Below, one piece after another: positions 23,467-35,744 of a stretch of DNA of 59,499 bases. The notes beneath the pieces were generated by a model. It did not search any database. It saw nothing but the letters and a program-made list of their open reading frames with translations, and was not told the DNA's origin. Source of the DNA: Octopus bimaculoides (lineage: Eukaryota); NCBI RefSeq assembly GCF_001194135.2, contig NC_068982.1, positions 85,573,605 to 85,633,103 on the forward strand, written 5' to 3'. Every line of letters starts with the position of its first letter. The first letter of the stretch is position 1. The position numbers were made by a program, and so were the translations under genes.

Positions 23467-24779
23467 TCATTTTCTTATTTTATTTCCACCTCAGTCATTT
23501 CATAGGTTATCTTTTTATAACCACTTCAATGATGGTATCCTCAGATTACAGTTTTAGTTGTCATAAGACATGTAAATGGCATTTATAACAAGCACCATTT
23601 TCCTTTTAACCTATCATTTATCTTCCAATCTCTCTTGGCCAGTGACCTCAATAATCCACTGTGATAAATAACATTGCTACACTCAACAGTTTGGTTTTTA
23701 CCAAGCAGTTTTGTCTTTCTTTTACTTTCTTTTTCTTTGAGCAAATGAAATAATAATAATAAAAATAATAGTAAACAAAATACTATCTTCCCCACTTCAT
23801 AACTTTTCGTGAAATCATAACACCAAAAAGTTTCTGGATGTTCCCTCTGTATTGGGACCATATAGTGAAACTAAAAATACTTTTAATGAATTGAAATTAC
23901 ACTCATAATAAGAAAGATCACTAGTATCAACAATTTTAATGAAAAGCAGTGAATGATACAGGAAAGATAACAATTTACATATAATGTACTATAGAGGTAA
24001 AGTCCCAAAATGCATCACAGAGTCTAATGCTTATTTATTAAGATGTAATGTAAGCTGTAACAGACAATATACCAACATAAACCATACATATCACTACAGA
24101 AATAAAGCACCAACTTGCACCATACAGTGTACAGAAGTAATTTATCAATATGTATCATGAAGAACGTATCCAATAGTGATAAGTTCCAAACATGTACCAT
24201 ATACAGTTGTAAAGTGCCTCATGTAATATACAATATAAAGTTGTTGTAAGCAAAATGTACTATTCACCCATGGCAGTAGGTGAATATATTATTAAAGTCA
24301 ACTTTTAGTTACTTGCAAGTACTTCTAGGCTTCATCACTAATTCAGTTCTCAACCAAATTGAATGCAGTTTTTTTTAGCAGTGATGGTCTAGTCTTCAAC
24401 TATATTTTGAGATAAAATAATTGAAATTTAGTTCATTAAAAAAAGGGTTAAATCAAAAAGAGGAAAGTAAGGCAAAAAATTGACTTTGAATCAAAATATC
24501 TCAGTTATTTTAAAAGAAAAGTGTAGATTAGTTGGATTTAAAAGAATGTGCTCATTGAGAGGAATCTTTTGGTGACAATCTTGTTAAAATGTATCAGCTA
24601 GGAGTTTTTTAAAACTGTTGCAGAAGAAATGAATAAATATGCTCAAAGCATAATTTCTATTCATGGTGGACCTGATCCACTATGACAGCCAACTGATACT
24701 GTGGATATGTGAGCTTTTTTAACTATAAACACTATGTTTGGTACCAAGCATCTTCCTCGCCTGTGGAACTACTGGAGTC

Positions 24780-25180
24780 CTGATATAAGGTATGGTGATC
24801 AATATATCTCCAGCATTATGTCTAACTATAGTTAATTCATATATTTTTTATGTAAAAAGCCACAAGGTACCTCCACCACCAAAGGATTACGACCATTTGA
24901 AATTTTGGGTTGACATCGCATCTCAGTTACGTAAAGGCTGTTCTTCCAGAGAGCACAAAACTGGGAGAAAAGCAAAATTAAATGAGGTACATGGCAACAG
25001 AGAAAATATTGACTTCCATAAAGTGGAAAAAGTAAATGGAAGGAAAAAAGTTTGCAGACTGTGTTCGCTGCAAAAAAGAAAAACTGCGAAAGATATCAGG
25101 TCAAGACCTCGTATATGTGTTTGTTTTGCAAAGTGCCTTTGTGTAAAGGGTGCTTCAGACAGTTTCATGATGGAAATATG
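24780..25180 (+). mobile_element. piggyBac-like transposase C-terminal fragment
   Basis: GDQYIS, IVNSYIFY and the Cys-rich tail RKKVCRLCS...CVCFAKCLC. Confidence 0.6.
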
Positions 25181-26554
25181 GCATAACTATATTTTGTTGT
25201 TTGATAGTAATACTATCATATATTCCTTTCATTTTATTACAAATAATATGTGAAAGTGAGAAATACATATTAATTTTCAGTATGTTACACACTTGTATTC
25301 ACCTTTGTCTCACCTGTTAATGAGTTTTTTTATTAGATGTATTCTTTTATGTAAATGTATTTATCAAGTTGTATAAGAGTACATAGCCAATGGTATATTG
25401 ACTAGTAAAAGAGTTTTATACTTTATTTTCAATGAGAATGTTTGAATGAAATATAGAGAGGGAAGAAAATCTTGTACCAATTATACCTGTATTTTAATTA
25501 ATTCAAATTAATGGATCTCATCTTGAAAAGTGGCAAAATGGTTGACATCTGGGATAATTTTAGTAACAACTCAAACAGGTAAGATACATTAAGAATTTCA
25601 ATTTTAGTTACAGAAATAATTTATTCTCAAATGCATGATAATGCTCATACAAAAGCATGAACAGGATAAACTATCCATATATTACGGAAATATTTGTTAC
25701 CGGCCAGCAGCCACATAGCCAGTTGATTGCAACTGGAGGTGCTATCTTGATAGCTGGGGGTGCTGAACAAGGCTACGTACAAAAACCCCTACTTAAAGTG
25801 TAAAAGTGGACAAAAGCCCCATGCTTATATTATCCGTTTTTTTTTGGGGGGGGGGGGTTACATTTCTTGATGCCTAGCCTGGTCCAAACTTCTGATGTAT
25901 TTCGTTTTTATTTTCATTTTACTTGTTGCAATCATTAAACTGAGGCCATGCTGGGGCATCACCTCGAAAAATTTTTAGTTGAATGTATCGACTCCAATAT
26001 TTTTTTTAATGATTTTCAACAAGCACATAGTTAAGCTTAAAAGGTCTTTCCACATGCTAGAGATAACAGCCTAATCTTTAAACATTATTTTTATATAATT
26101 TCAAATAAACAAAAATGGAAGCCGCGGTTGTAAAAAGAAAAAACAAAACACTTTCATACTTTAACTATGGGGGGTTTATTTGAGGGGCTTTTGTCTTAGG
26201 GGGCTTTTTTCCTAAGGGTCTTTTGTATTACATCTGCTGAACAGAACTCTAAAAACCGTACAGTTTATAAAATTTTATTATGTCTTTGTTGTGTGGAAAT
26301 AGAACACCCCCAAGGTAGAATAGCTGGATTAGTCCACCAGGATAAATATGGTGGAGTAATGCCAATGGGTTGCCGGACCCGACAGCTCATGAGCAATGTG
26401 TCAACTCGGGAGTTCGAGTAGTACCAGTGAGCGGACAAGCATCTAGTACTATCTCTTAAACGGACTTAATGTATTATTTTATTATGTCGTACGAGAACTG
26501 TATGACACAAGCCTCTCAAAAAAATTCAGAACACAAAATAGAATCAGGTTACAT

Positions 26555-28756
26555 TTATTTAATACAACTGCAATCTACGTCAACACAAGGCAAAAATTTA
26601 AGAAAATCGGCCTTCTCTATACTTGATTTGTATTTATTAAGAGAAGCAAGTATCACGAGGTTTGGTTTCTGCTGGTGTTTCATATTTCGTTGAAAGGGTG
26701 TCATAATTCGAGTTAGTATCGAAAACGATGATTCACATGTAGCTGTGCTAGATCCAAATGTTAATGCTGCACCATACAAAAGATAAACATTTGGAAAGGC
26801 ATCCTATACAATACGTAAAGATCCAAAAATATCAAGCTGTGTCATCATATTTTGTTTGGAAATGTATGCTTTTGCCACAGTAAGTTCAGAAAGTAAGGCC
26901 GATTTATTGCAATTAATTAAATTGTTCAAAGGTTTTAAAGCATTGGTAGTAGACTTGCCAAGGAAGAATATATACTATCGTTTTACTCTGAAAATCTATT
27001 ATCTAGCTCTCCCAAGCTTTCATCGATGATCACGAAATAAATTTTGCGGTGAAAGGTTATCCAGTCATCTTGTGATGGTACCAGGGCTTCGACAACATAA
27101 TCTGAAAAGCATCTGGACCCGCAAGCTTTTCAACGCATGTGTTTGTCAATAACATTAAATTGACTCATTTGTTTTAGAATCTCATCAAACATTAAAGAGT
27201 TTCTAAGTTTGGTTATTTCACTCTCGGCAATCTTAAGAAGCCCAAGGCTATGGTATGACTCTGAAGCTGTTTGTCTATTGGTCTAATTATATGCAGAAAT
27301 TTGCTAAGAACAAGGGCTTGGGGAACGAACTTGATGTAAAATTCCAGTTGCCTCTATACACATTTTTGAATCTGACGAATCTGTGCATTCGGTTAGCAAA
27401 CCAACAATTTTGGAGTGATTTTCTATTACAGAAGCAATGGCAGTGAAATGACCCGACCACCTATGCTCCATAAGACGTGGCAACTCCAATCCTTTCCAGA
27501 GACTAGCTATCTTTGACTGTGTAATAAAATTATGAAGAATATTAACTGTGTCAAAGAATGTAGCTAACTTCGGAATCTGCTTTATTGTGTTAACCACGAC
27601 AAGATGCAACTGATGATTAAGACAATGAACATAGGGTATATATTTCTGAAGTCAATTCTGAATCCTTCTTTGTTCGCCACCTATTTTGCCAGACATCACA
27701 GAAGCGTCATCATAGCATTGTGACAACATACACTTTGGGTCAATGCAAAGGTTGGTTAATTCCTTTATTATCAAGTCGGCCAATGTTTCAGCATCATAAT
27801 GTTGAGTAGTTGGCATTGCAACTAACTTTTCCAGAACCCTGCCGTTTTTCAGGTACCTAATAACAATTGCAAGATTTTCAGTATTACTCAAATCACGCGT
27901 TCGGTCACATTTCAGCGTAAAATAAGGAACATCAGAACATTTTATTTCATCAACCATGAGGCTGACAGTGTGTCTTCTCAACAATTTGATGATTTCATTT
28001 TGCATTGCTGCTGAGGTGTAAGTCGCATTTTTTGGAATTGTGCTGTAACATTCCATTAGCTTTCAGTCTTTCTCTAATGTGTACTGGAATAATTTCATAA
28101 AAAGACCACAAGGTTGCATGTCATCTTCCGAATAAAGATCCTGAAAAGCTTCATTTTTGTTTCCTCGAAAACGCAATTCATTTGCACAAAGAAAACGAAC
28201 AATATCAACAATGGAACTGATATAATAACGATTTTTGCTCAACTGATCATTTTGCAAGATTGAAGACACAGATGTTGTTGTGGATAAACGCTGTTGGCGT
28301 TCCTTCCCTGTTACCATAGCTTGGATATGAGATGCAGAGTTTGCGAGCTTATTTAAACCTTTGTTTTTTTCCTTTTGCATGATGCCAATTAGAATATCTA
28401 TTTTTAATAAAACAAGTATCAGCTTGAGCAGTAGTATTAAAGTGCCGACAAGCAAAACAAAACGAGGCTTTCTTTGAAAGAGAATACTCTAACCATGGGT
28501 GACCAGTAGACCAGCTTGACGAGAAGTCATGTCTCTGATTTCCATAAATTTTTGGATCAAACTTTGCTAGAACTGGCTGCACTGGTTGGCAGTCGACCTG
28601 TCCTAGATCATCCAATGATGGTGTCAAAGACTTTGCAAGACCTCCCTTGAGCTGCAAAACTTCATTTGCAATTCTCTTCTGTTTGGCATTATTAGATGAA
28701 TCAGATTGGAAATTCAGCAATGATTGCTTCAGTTCTCTTTTTCGGTAGTGATTCAT
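26555..28756 (-). mobile_element. Degenerate hAT transposon (TTF-type zinc finger, DUF4371-like, hATC)
   Basis: WLEYSLSKKASFCFACRHF; YFTLKCDRTRDLSNTENLAIVIRY; SQCYDDASVMSG; HRWSGH; ATCESSFSIL; five frameshifted ORF pieces; termini not identified. Confidence 0.85.
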
Positions 28757-29504
28757 TATTTTTGGGCACTGATATTCACAATAATTAATTCTAAGGTAGA
28801 ATATCGTGGTAAGAGTAACAATTTCTTAAAATTTATGTATTTTTAAATTAAACTCGTAAGAGATTTCAGTTCAAGCAATTTTTTTTTTTCAATTTCTTCA
28901 AAGTTATGCTTTTTTAGTTAAACACAAAATGATTTCAGTATAAACTTTGTTCAAAGAGTAGGAAAATTTATTCAGTGAAAGTTCTCATCTGAAAAATCCT
29001 TTCTGAATGTATATTTTGGGAAATTTCAAAAATTTTCTTTCCATTTTTGCAAATAATAATCCTCTCTGACTAGTAGAAATAAAATGATTTTTTAATATCC
29101 GTCTCTGTTCACATATATACATGTGTAGTGATGCATTTACTACCATAAATCTCTAACTATAGCAACAATTCTTCACATACTTTTCAACAGCAACAAGGAC
29201 AATCACCAACACCACCGCCGCCGTCGCCACCATGACCACCACCACCACAACAATAACAACTGACCCAGTGTCAGCCACTCCTTAGTTCAATCCACAGTTG
29301 ACGACCAGGTCAGCAGCCAATTCTTAGGCAACAATTACAGCTACAACAGACACTTTGACCAGCTCTAATTTACCCACGTTTTCATATCACTAACTACTAA
29401 ATCAAAAGAAATTCAATTTATTGCATCTTTAGCTACTTCAGATATTGCTTATGCGACAATGTAATTATTTCAAAAGTGGATAAAACAAATTCTCATACTC
29501 AAGA

Positions 29505-29830
29505 AGGGGTAGCTGAAATTCTAACTGGGAGTGCTGAGCATTGGGTCTCATTCCTTCTGAGTACTGGGTCTCATGGAAGCAAAGTGGCCGAGTTCCTTTC
29601 GAGAGCTGGGCCTTACGGAGGCGAGGTGACTGAATTCATTTCAACCAGGCCTCACAGAGGTAAAGTGGCTGAGTTCCTTTTGTGTGTTGGGCCTTATGGA
29701 GGTAAAGTGGCTGAGTTCCTTTCGAGTGTTGAGTCTCACGGAGGCAAGGTGGCTGAGTTCCTTTCAAGCATTCTGCCTCATGGAGGCAAAGTGGCCTTGT
29801 TCCTTTCAAGAGTTGGGCCTCACGGAGGCA
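29505..29830 (+). repeat. 42-bp minisatellite (about 6.5 clear units plus degenerate ones) derived from the RTE ORF2 C-terminus
   Basis: Unit about catggaggcaaagtggctgagttcctttcgagtgttgggcct; resembles 53095-53140; runs directly into an RTE 3' end. Confidence 0.85.
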
Positions 29831-30115
29831 ATGACCAAGACCTTTGGCAATATGTTGTGCTCAAGAAGAAGACCCATCAAGCTGATCAAAATTACAGTTG
29901 TGGCAGATACTGGTGTCACACAAACGGTACATAAAAGCACCCATTACACTCTTGGAGTGATTGGCATTAGGAAGGGCATCCAACTGTAGAAAACCATGCC
30001 AAATCAGACTGGATCCTGGCACAGCCTTCCAGCATGCCAATCCAGTCAAACCGTCCAACCCATGCCAACATGGACAATGGACATTAAATGATGATGATAT
30101 GATGATGATGATGAT
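29810..30115 (+). mobile_element. RTE LINE 3' end with (GAT)n tail
   Basis: Shared tail aggaagggcatcc...tccaacccatgcc...attaaatgatgatg. Confidence 0.8.
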
Positions 30116-30494
30116 GTGTGTGTGTGTGTGTGTATTTATTTTATGTTATTGATAACACCTAGAAGAAGGTGCTTTTTTTTTCCACTCACCAAAGTTTATA
30201 TATATGTTTCTGTTGGTTTCAGCTAGAGGCTAAGGCTGTGCTGGGGCACTGCCTTTCAGTGTGATGGAGTTTCTTTTCTGTACTTTTTGTGATAAAGTAG
30301 TGAATTGGTTGGAGCTGTTCTTCTTTATTCCTCCTGCCATGATGTGGGTTCATCTAGTATCACAGATAAAAATTTGACATTCTTTGAAGACCTGAACATT
30401 TACCCATTGCAAATCTCTGACACTGTTTGGTAGAATGTTAAATAGTTGTGGACCATTAAAACTTAAGCTGTTACATTACTGAGTCTTACTTCTA

Positions 30495-32520
30495 CAAGAG
30501 TCAGCTGAAAAGTTCATAGGCTGACAAAGATATGAGGTCTGATCAATAAGTATCTGGACTGTTGCCATAGTAACAAAGCTAAAGCACACAGAGTGAAGCC
30601 ATTTGGCGCAAATTGACCTTCACCTCTGCTGTTTTAATGATCTAGCTCACTTCCGCTATTTACAACAATGCTTAGAAGGAAGGTATGTAGTGTGTGATCA
30701 TCACATTGACCATGACAGAGAAAGTTGTCATGGTGATACCTGCTCAGGGGCCAATGCAAAGTTGCAGAAAGTGTATGGAGAGGAGTGTATGAGCTGCACA
30801 CAAGTGTATGAGTGGGTCAGACGTTTCCAAGATGGCCAAAAAATGTTGATATTGACAAACGCTCTAGGAGACCTGCAACCAGCAGAACTGAGAAAAACAT
30901 CACAGCTGTGAGGGTAAATTGTTGAATCACCATCTGTGAATTATCAGAAGATGTGCAGATTAGTTATGGTTCAGTTCAGTTCATTATCACTGAAGATTTG
31001 CATATGAGACGTATGTTTGCCAAGGATGTGCCAAAACTGCTTACAGCTAACCAAAGAGACACTTGGGTTTCAGTTGCACAAGATCTCCTTGATTGTGTCA
31101 AGAATGATGAACACTTTGTGTAAGCCTCTGAGCAGGTAACACCAAGCTTTTGGCAAAATTTGATAAAGATTCTCTGCTCAGCTTTCTTTGTCATGGTCAA
31201 TGCAACGATGACACACTACACACATTCCTTCCAAGTACTGCTGTAAACATTGGAAGTGAACTAGAATGTTAAAACTTAGTGCACATGCACAGCAGATTTC
31301 AAGGTCAATCTCTGCCAAATGGCTTCACTCTCTGTGCTTTACCTTCGTTACTATACCAACAGTCCAAATAGTTATTGATCAGACCATCTACTCTCATGGA
31401 ATATGACCAAATGAGGTTTGTTTTTAAAAACTGTCCCCCTTACAGTACACATACTTCTTCCATCAGTGTTGCAGTGCTTGGATTCCATTGGTGTCATCTT
31501 GTTGGCCAAGTGTTTTTTCATGTTGGGAAACAGATTATAGTCAGATGGCACCAAAATCAGAAGAATAGGGAAGGTAATCAACAAGTTCAGGGCCATAGTC
31601 ATGCACAATGGAACCAAGGACTTATGTGCTGGAGCATTGTTCCAATGAAAGAAGACCCCATTCAATGTGTTTTCTTGATAGCCTTTTGTAACTGCCTCAG
31701 CAAGTTGGCATAGCACTCTCCATTGATGGTGTAGCCCTTCTAAAGATAGTCAATAAACACAATGCCTTTTGCATCTCAAACTACTGAGGTCATCATTTTC
31801 CCTACAAGGTGAAATGACCTTGACCTTCTTTGGAGGGATGATTCCACTGTATGAATTGTCTCTTTGTCTCTGGCTCAAAGTAATGAAACCAACACTCATC
31901 CTGGGTTAGGAAATGCTCAAGGAAACCAACTGGATCTACCGGAAATAATGTTAGATTTTCCCATAATGTGATTAGTCTGGTGTGCTTCTGATCAGGTGTT
32001 GGAAGACATAACACCCACCAAGCAGAACCTTCATGTCAAGTTAACTGTACACAATTTTCTCAACTCTCTTATGAGATATGCTAATAGCATTGGCTATTTG
32101 ATATCACCTGTCATCCATCACCTTGTAGTAAACAAAATCAATGTTTTCCTTGGTGGTAGCAATGTCCAGACTCTTCAAGACCCTCCCTTCCCTCTTAAAT
32201 TCAGCTGCCCATTTTTGCACTGTTGATAAGCTGGAGTGTCACCCCCCTAATGTAGCAACCGTGTTGGCATGAATGTCATTGTGGGCTAAACCCTTTTTCT
32301 GCAAGTACTTGATAACACCACAAAGCCAAATTTTGTATATTTTCAAGAGAAGTCGCTAGTAGCTGGTTTTGAAGTGTTCTTTGAACAGTCAGGTATCAGT
32401 TTACCTGAAAAAAAAACAAAAAAAGTTATAAGAAGAGTTGAAATTAATTCATGTAAGATTTCACAGCACTAACATCACTCTTTCATAGTCAGCCAATGAA
32501 CTTTTCAGGCTACCCTCATT
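30495..32520 (-). mobile_element. Mariner (outer element, same family as 3881-4910), degenerate
   Basis: TIRs at both ends; minus-strand TQDECWFHYFEPETKRQ and FHWNNAPAHKSLV...SDYNLFPNMKK. Confidence 0.85.
30533..31388. mobile_element. Second mariner family nested in the outer mariner's end; two opposed 5' ends
   Basis: TA duplicated (30531-32, 31389-90), splitting aaagata|ctctcatgg, which is contiguous at 4869-4890; about 200-bp inverted arms; transposase N-terminus on both strands. Confidence 0.8.
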
Positions 32521-32670
32521 GATGGAGAAGATGGGAGCTTTAGTACTATGCAGTATTGTCAAGTTTGGTGGTTGGTATAGCTTTTATTTCTGAAGTTGGG
32601 AGTTATACCTTCCAGGATCTTCCATTACTAATGATTTGTAGGTACATAGTATTTCGTTATACAACCATAA

Positions 32671-33987
32671 TCTATATATATATAAAAATGAGAATGTGTG
32701 TCTGTCTGTCTGTGTGAATCCCTAAAACTCGAGAACTACGCAACCAATTTCATTCAAATTTTACACATGCCTTACTTAGGGTTCCAGTTGTGTTTTAGTC
32801 AAAAAAATTATTAACTTCTTGCAGAGTTCGAGCACACGGCAACATAATATCTCCTCCACTATTTAAGTATTACGTGTCAAAAGTGAAACAAAAACACTTT
32901 AAAAATGAAACTATTCCACTAACTAAAACAATCACATTTCGATACTGTAGTGACAGATACTTTCACAGAGAGAGAAAGAGAGAGAGATGTATATGTACAC
33001 CATTTCGATACTGTAATGACAGATACTTTCAGAGAGAGAGAGNNNNNNNNNNNNNNNNNNNNNNNNNNNNNNNNNNNNNNNNNNNNNNNNNNNNNNNNNN
33101 NNNNNNNNNNNNNNNNNNNNNNNNNNNNNNNNNNNNNNNNNNNNNNNNNNNNNNNNNNNNNNNNNNNNNNNNNNNNNNNNNNNNNNNNNNNNNNNNNNNN
33201 NNNNNNNNNNNNNNNNNNNNNNNNNNNNNNNNNNNNNNNNNNNNNNNNNNNNNNNNNNNNNNNNNNNNNNNNNNNNNNNNNNNNNNNNNNNNNNNNNNNN
33301 NNNNNNNNNNNNNNNNNNNNNNNNNNNNNNNNNNNNNNNNNNNNNNNNNNNNNNNNNNNNNNNNNNNNNNNNNNNNNNNNNNNNNNNNNNNNNNNNNNNN
33401 NNNNNNNNNNNNNNNNNNNNNNNNNNNNNNNNNNNNNNNNNNNNNNNNNNNNNNNNNNNNNNNNNNNNNNNNNNNNNNNNNNNNNNNNNNNNNNNNNNNN
33501 NNNNNNNNNNNNNNNNNNNNNNNNNNNNNNNNNNNNNNNNNNNNNNNNNNNNNNNNNNNNNNNNNNNNNNNNNNNNNNNNNNNNNNNNNNNNNNNNNNNN
33601 NNNNNNNNNNNNNNNNNNNNNNNNNNNNNGGAAGAGCCCTGCTTCTCACATGGACAACTGTATGTTGGCTGCTCAAGAGTGGGCAGCAACAAAAAACCTA
33701 TTTGTATATGCTCCACAAGGGAAAACAAGGAACATAGTTTACAATGAGGTGTTATAATCACAACAGCAAGAAAGTATGTACATGATCACCTTCTTTTACG
33801 AAACTTCATTGACTTTCATATATTTATATTGACTTTCATATATTTATATTGATATACATATATATACGTGTGTTTGGGTGCGTGTGTGTATATACATCTC
33901 TATATATAAAGATGATGCGTAGTCTAGACGGCGTTTTTAGATTTCATTATTCTCTTTAACCCGGGCAACGCCGGGTATTTCTGCTAG
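32671..33987 (+). mobile_element. Non-autonomous Helitron retaining the helicase C-terminus, spans a gap
   Basis: A|TC start, cccgggcaacgccggg hairpin then CTAG|T end; 33630-33756 encodes EEPCFSHGQLYVGCSRVG.../...TRNIVYNEVL* (Pif1-type helicase end). Confidence 0.85.
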
Positions 33988-34069
33988 TATATTATAAAGT
34001 ATATTAAATGTTTTTTATGTCAATGCCATCTTCTACGGCATTAGCAGTGTGCATTTATATTATTTAAGG

Positions 34070-34373
34070 TTATTTCTACAGATATTCAATAGAAATTATA
34101 GCCAGCATTGATTTTTACTATTGTGTTTCATGTACGAGACAGCAGATGTAAACAAACAATGAGATCAAAGATGAAAAATGGGTAATGGGTGTATATGCCA
34201 TATTTCTGGGGTTTAATCCCGCATGCTTAAACCCCCGAAATATGGCTTATACACCCATTACCCATTTTTCATCTTTGATTTCATTGTTTGTTTACATCTG
34301 ACATATCGTACATAAAACACAATAGCAAAAATCAATGCTGGCTATAATTTCTCTAGAATATCTGTAGAAATAA
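34070..34373. repeat. Fold-back element: about 147-bp inverted arms with a 10-nt loop
   Basis: 34070-34216 is reverse-complementary to 34227-34373 with scattered mismatches; loop tcccgcatgc. Confidence 0.9.
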
Positions 34374-34969
34374 TCTAATAATGATTAATATTAATACACT
34401 TAGGCCAAATGGTCATCTGAAGGTAGAGGTAAAGAACATGAGAAAAAGAGAAGTGTTAACAATGTGCAGTGGGGTGGAGAAGGAAAACTTATTACATGGT
34501 TAAAAAGTTAGCTGAAGAGAAAGGTAGATGGAGAGAGATAGACAGGGGAGGCAATTACATTGAGAGAGAGAGAGAGTGAGAGAAAGGCAGATAGTAGTAG
34601 TGGTGGTGGTGGTGTATTGATAGTGTAAAGTATTTTTTTTAATTGAACTATTTTTTTTTATAGCAACTACTGCTTAAAGCATGCACATGAGTGTAATTAT
34701 TTATCGTCTGCTCACTTTAAAAATTGAACCCAAGAAAGGATGTGGAGATATAGAGCATGGAGCAGAGAGGAACAGCAAGAAAATATTAAAAAATGAAGAA
34801 AAAGACAACACCAACGGAGACATGAGGAAATTAATGTAGACAAACATGAAAAATGTTTAAAGCTAAACTATGAATACTAAAAAACTGCAAATCATCCTTC
34901 CTTTCTTAAATAGGTCCTCTTAATTTTTTCCATTCCATGGAATTTCCACAGGTCCCACTAGTATGGGTG

Positions 34970-35449
34970 TGTTGTGACGCCTTTATAGCAGACGATATTT
35001 TCGGAGTTTCTATCCACGCATGCGCAGGGACTAGTTCCGGTAGGAATACAGGAAGAGTCTCATGCACATGCGTGGTCATTCGATATCCAAGCTTCGGGCG
35101 GATTTTCATCCTCTTTCTCACTGGCCGACGAAGGGCCTAGACGTCGTCAACAGCCACTCTCCAACATTCCAACTATGGAGCTACACAAATAACCATGCAA
35201 CTTCATTGACGGCGTCTCAGTAACCAAAGGGCGAAGTGCTGCCGAATTCTATTGTAATAAATATTGTTGTGTTGATAGTTCAGAATCTGCGTTCCGTTGT
35301 TTCTTCAAGAAGTTAATGTATGGAAGCGGAGTACACCTAATGGTGTATAACCACTTCCCTACAATTGGTGACCCCCGACGTGATTCGGTTCAACCAATTT
35401 CCCTACAATTGGTGACCCCGACTTGATTCGGTATAACCACTTCCCTACA
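34970..35449 (+). mobile_element. LTR (34970-35363) followed by two PBS(tRNA-Trp)+LTR-end units, flanked by a GGTG duplication
   Basis: TGT...ACA termini, AATAAA 35256-61, PBS tggtgacccccgacgtgat 35366-84 and tggtgaccccgacttgat 35410-27; GGTG at 34966-69 and 35450-53. Confidence 0.75.
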
Positions 35450-35744
35450 GGTGTAATGGAATATAGAAAGTTGAGTATAATTACTTAGGAACTGGGTTGA
35501 TATTTTCTATAATCTTTATTCATACATTTTATTATTATTAGTATTATTGTTAAACTAAACATGGAAAGATGATGTAATATTGGCAGTTGAGACAAACTCA
35601 AATTCAGCAATGGATTTAGAGCTATCCTTTTAGAGTTATGTAAAAGAGTTCTTGCAAAGCCACTATAGTTTCTTTTGTAAAGTTTTTCTGCTTGTGGTAA
35701 ACTTTACAAAATATTAAAAGAAGATATAATATGTCCTGTCTATA

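Noticed and set aside
23583-23861. Minus-strand ORF ending ...KGKWCLL* near the ASK 3' UTR
   Set aside because: No recognisable homology, the Cys is not at the CaaX position, and it does not match the Rabin8 C-terminus
25700-26235. Possible hAT terminus (cagccacatagccagttg...) and short IR gacaaaagcccc/ggggcttttgtc
   Set aside because: No matching opposite terminus or TSD found; family not assignable
29476-29934. 152-aa repeat-protein ORF
   Set aside because: Explained by a minisatellite whose unit length is a multiple of 3; no splice or expression evidence
1892-33761. Long ORFs in the ORF track made mostly of X
   Set aside because: Artefacts of translating through N gaps
35364-35449. CRISPR-like short repeat array
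   Set aside because: Eukaryotic context, only two units and no unique spacers; explained as PBS/LTR-end units
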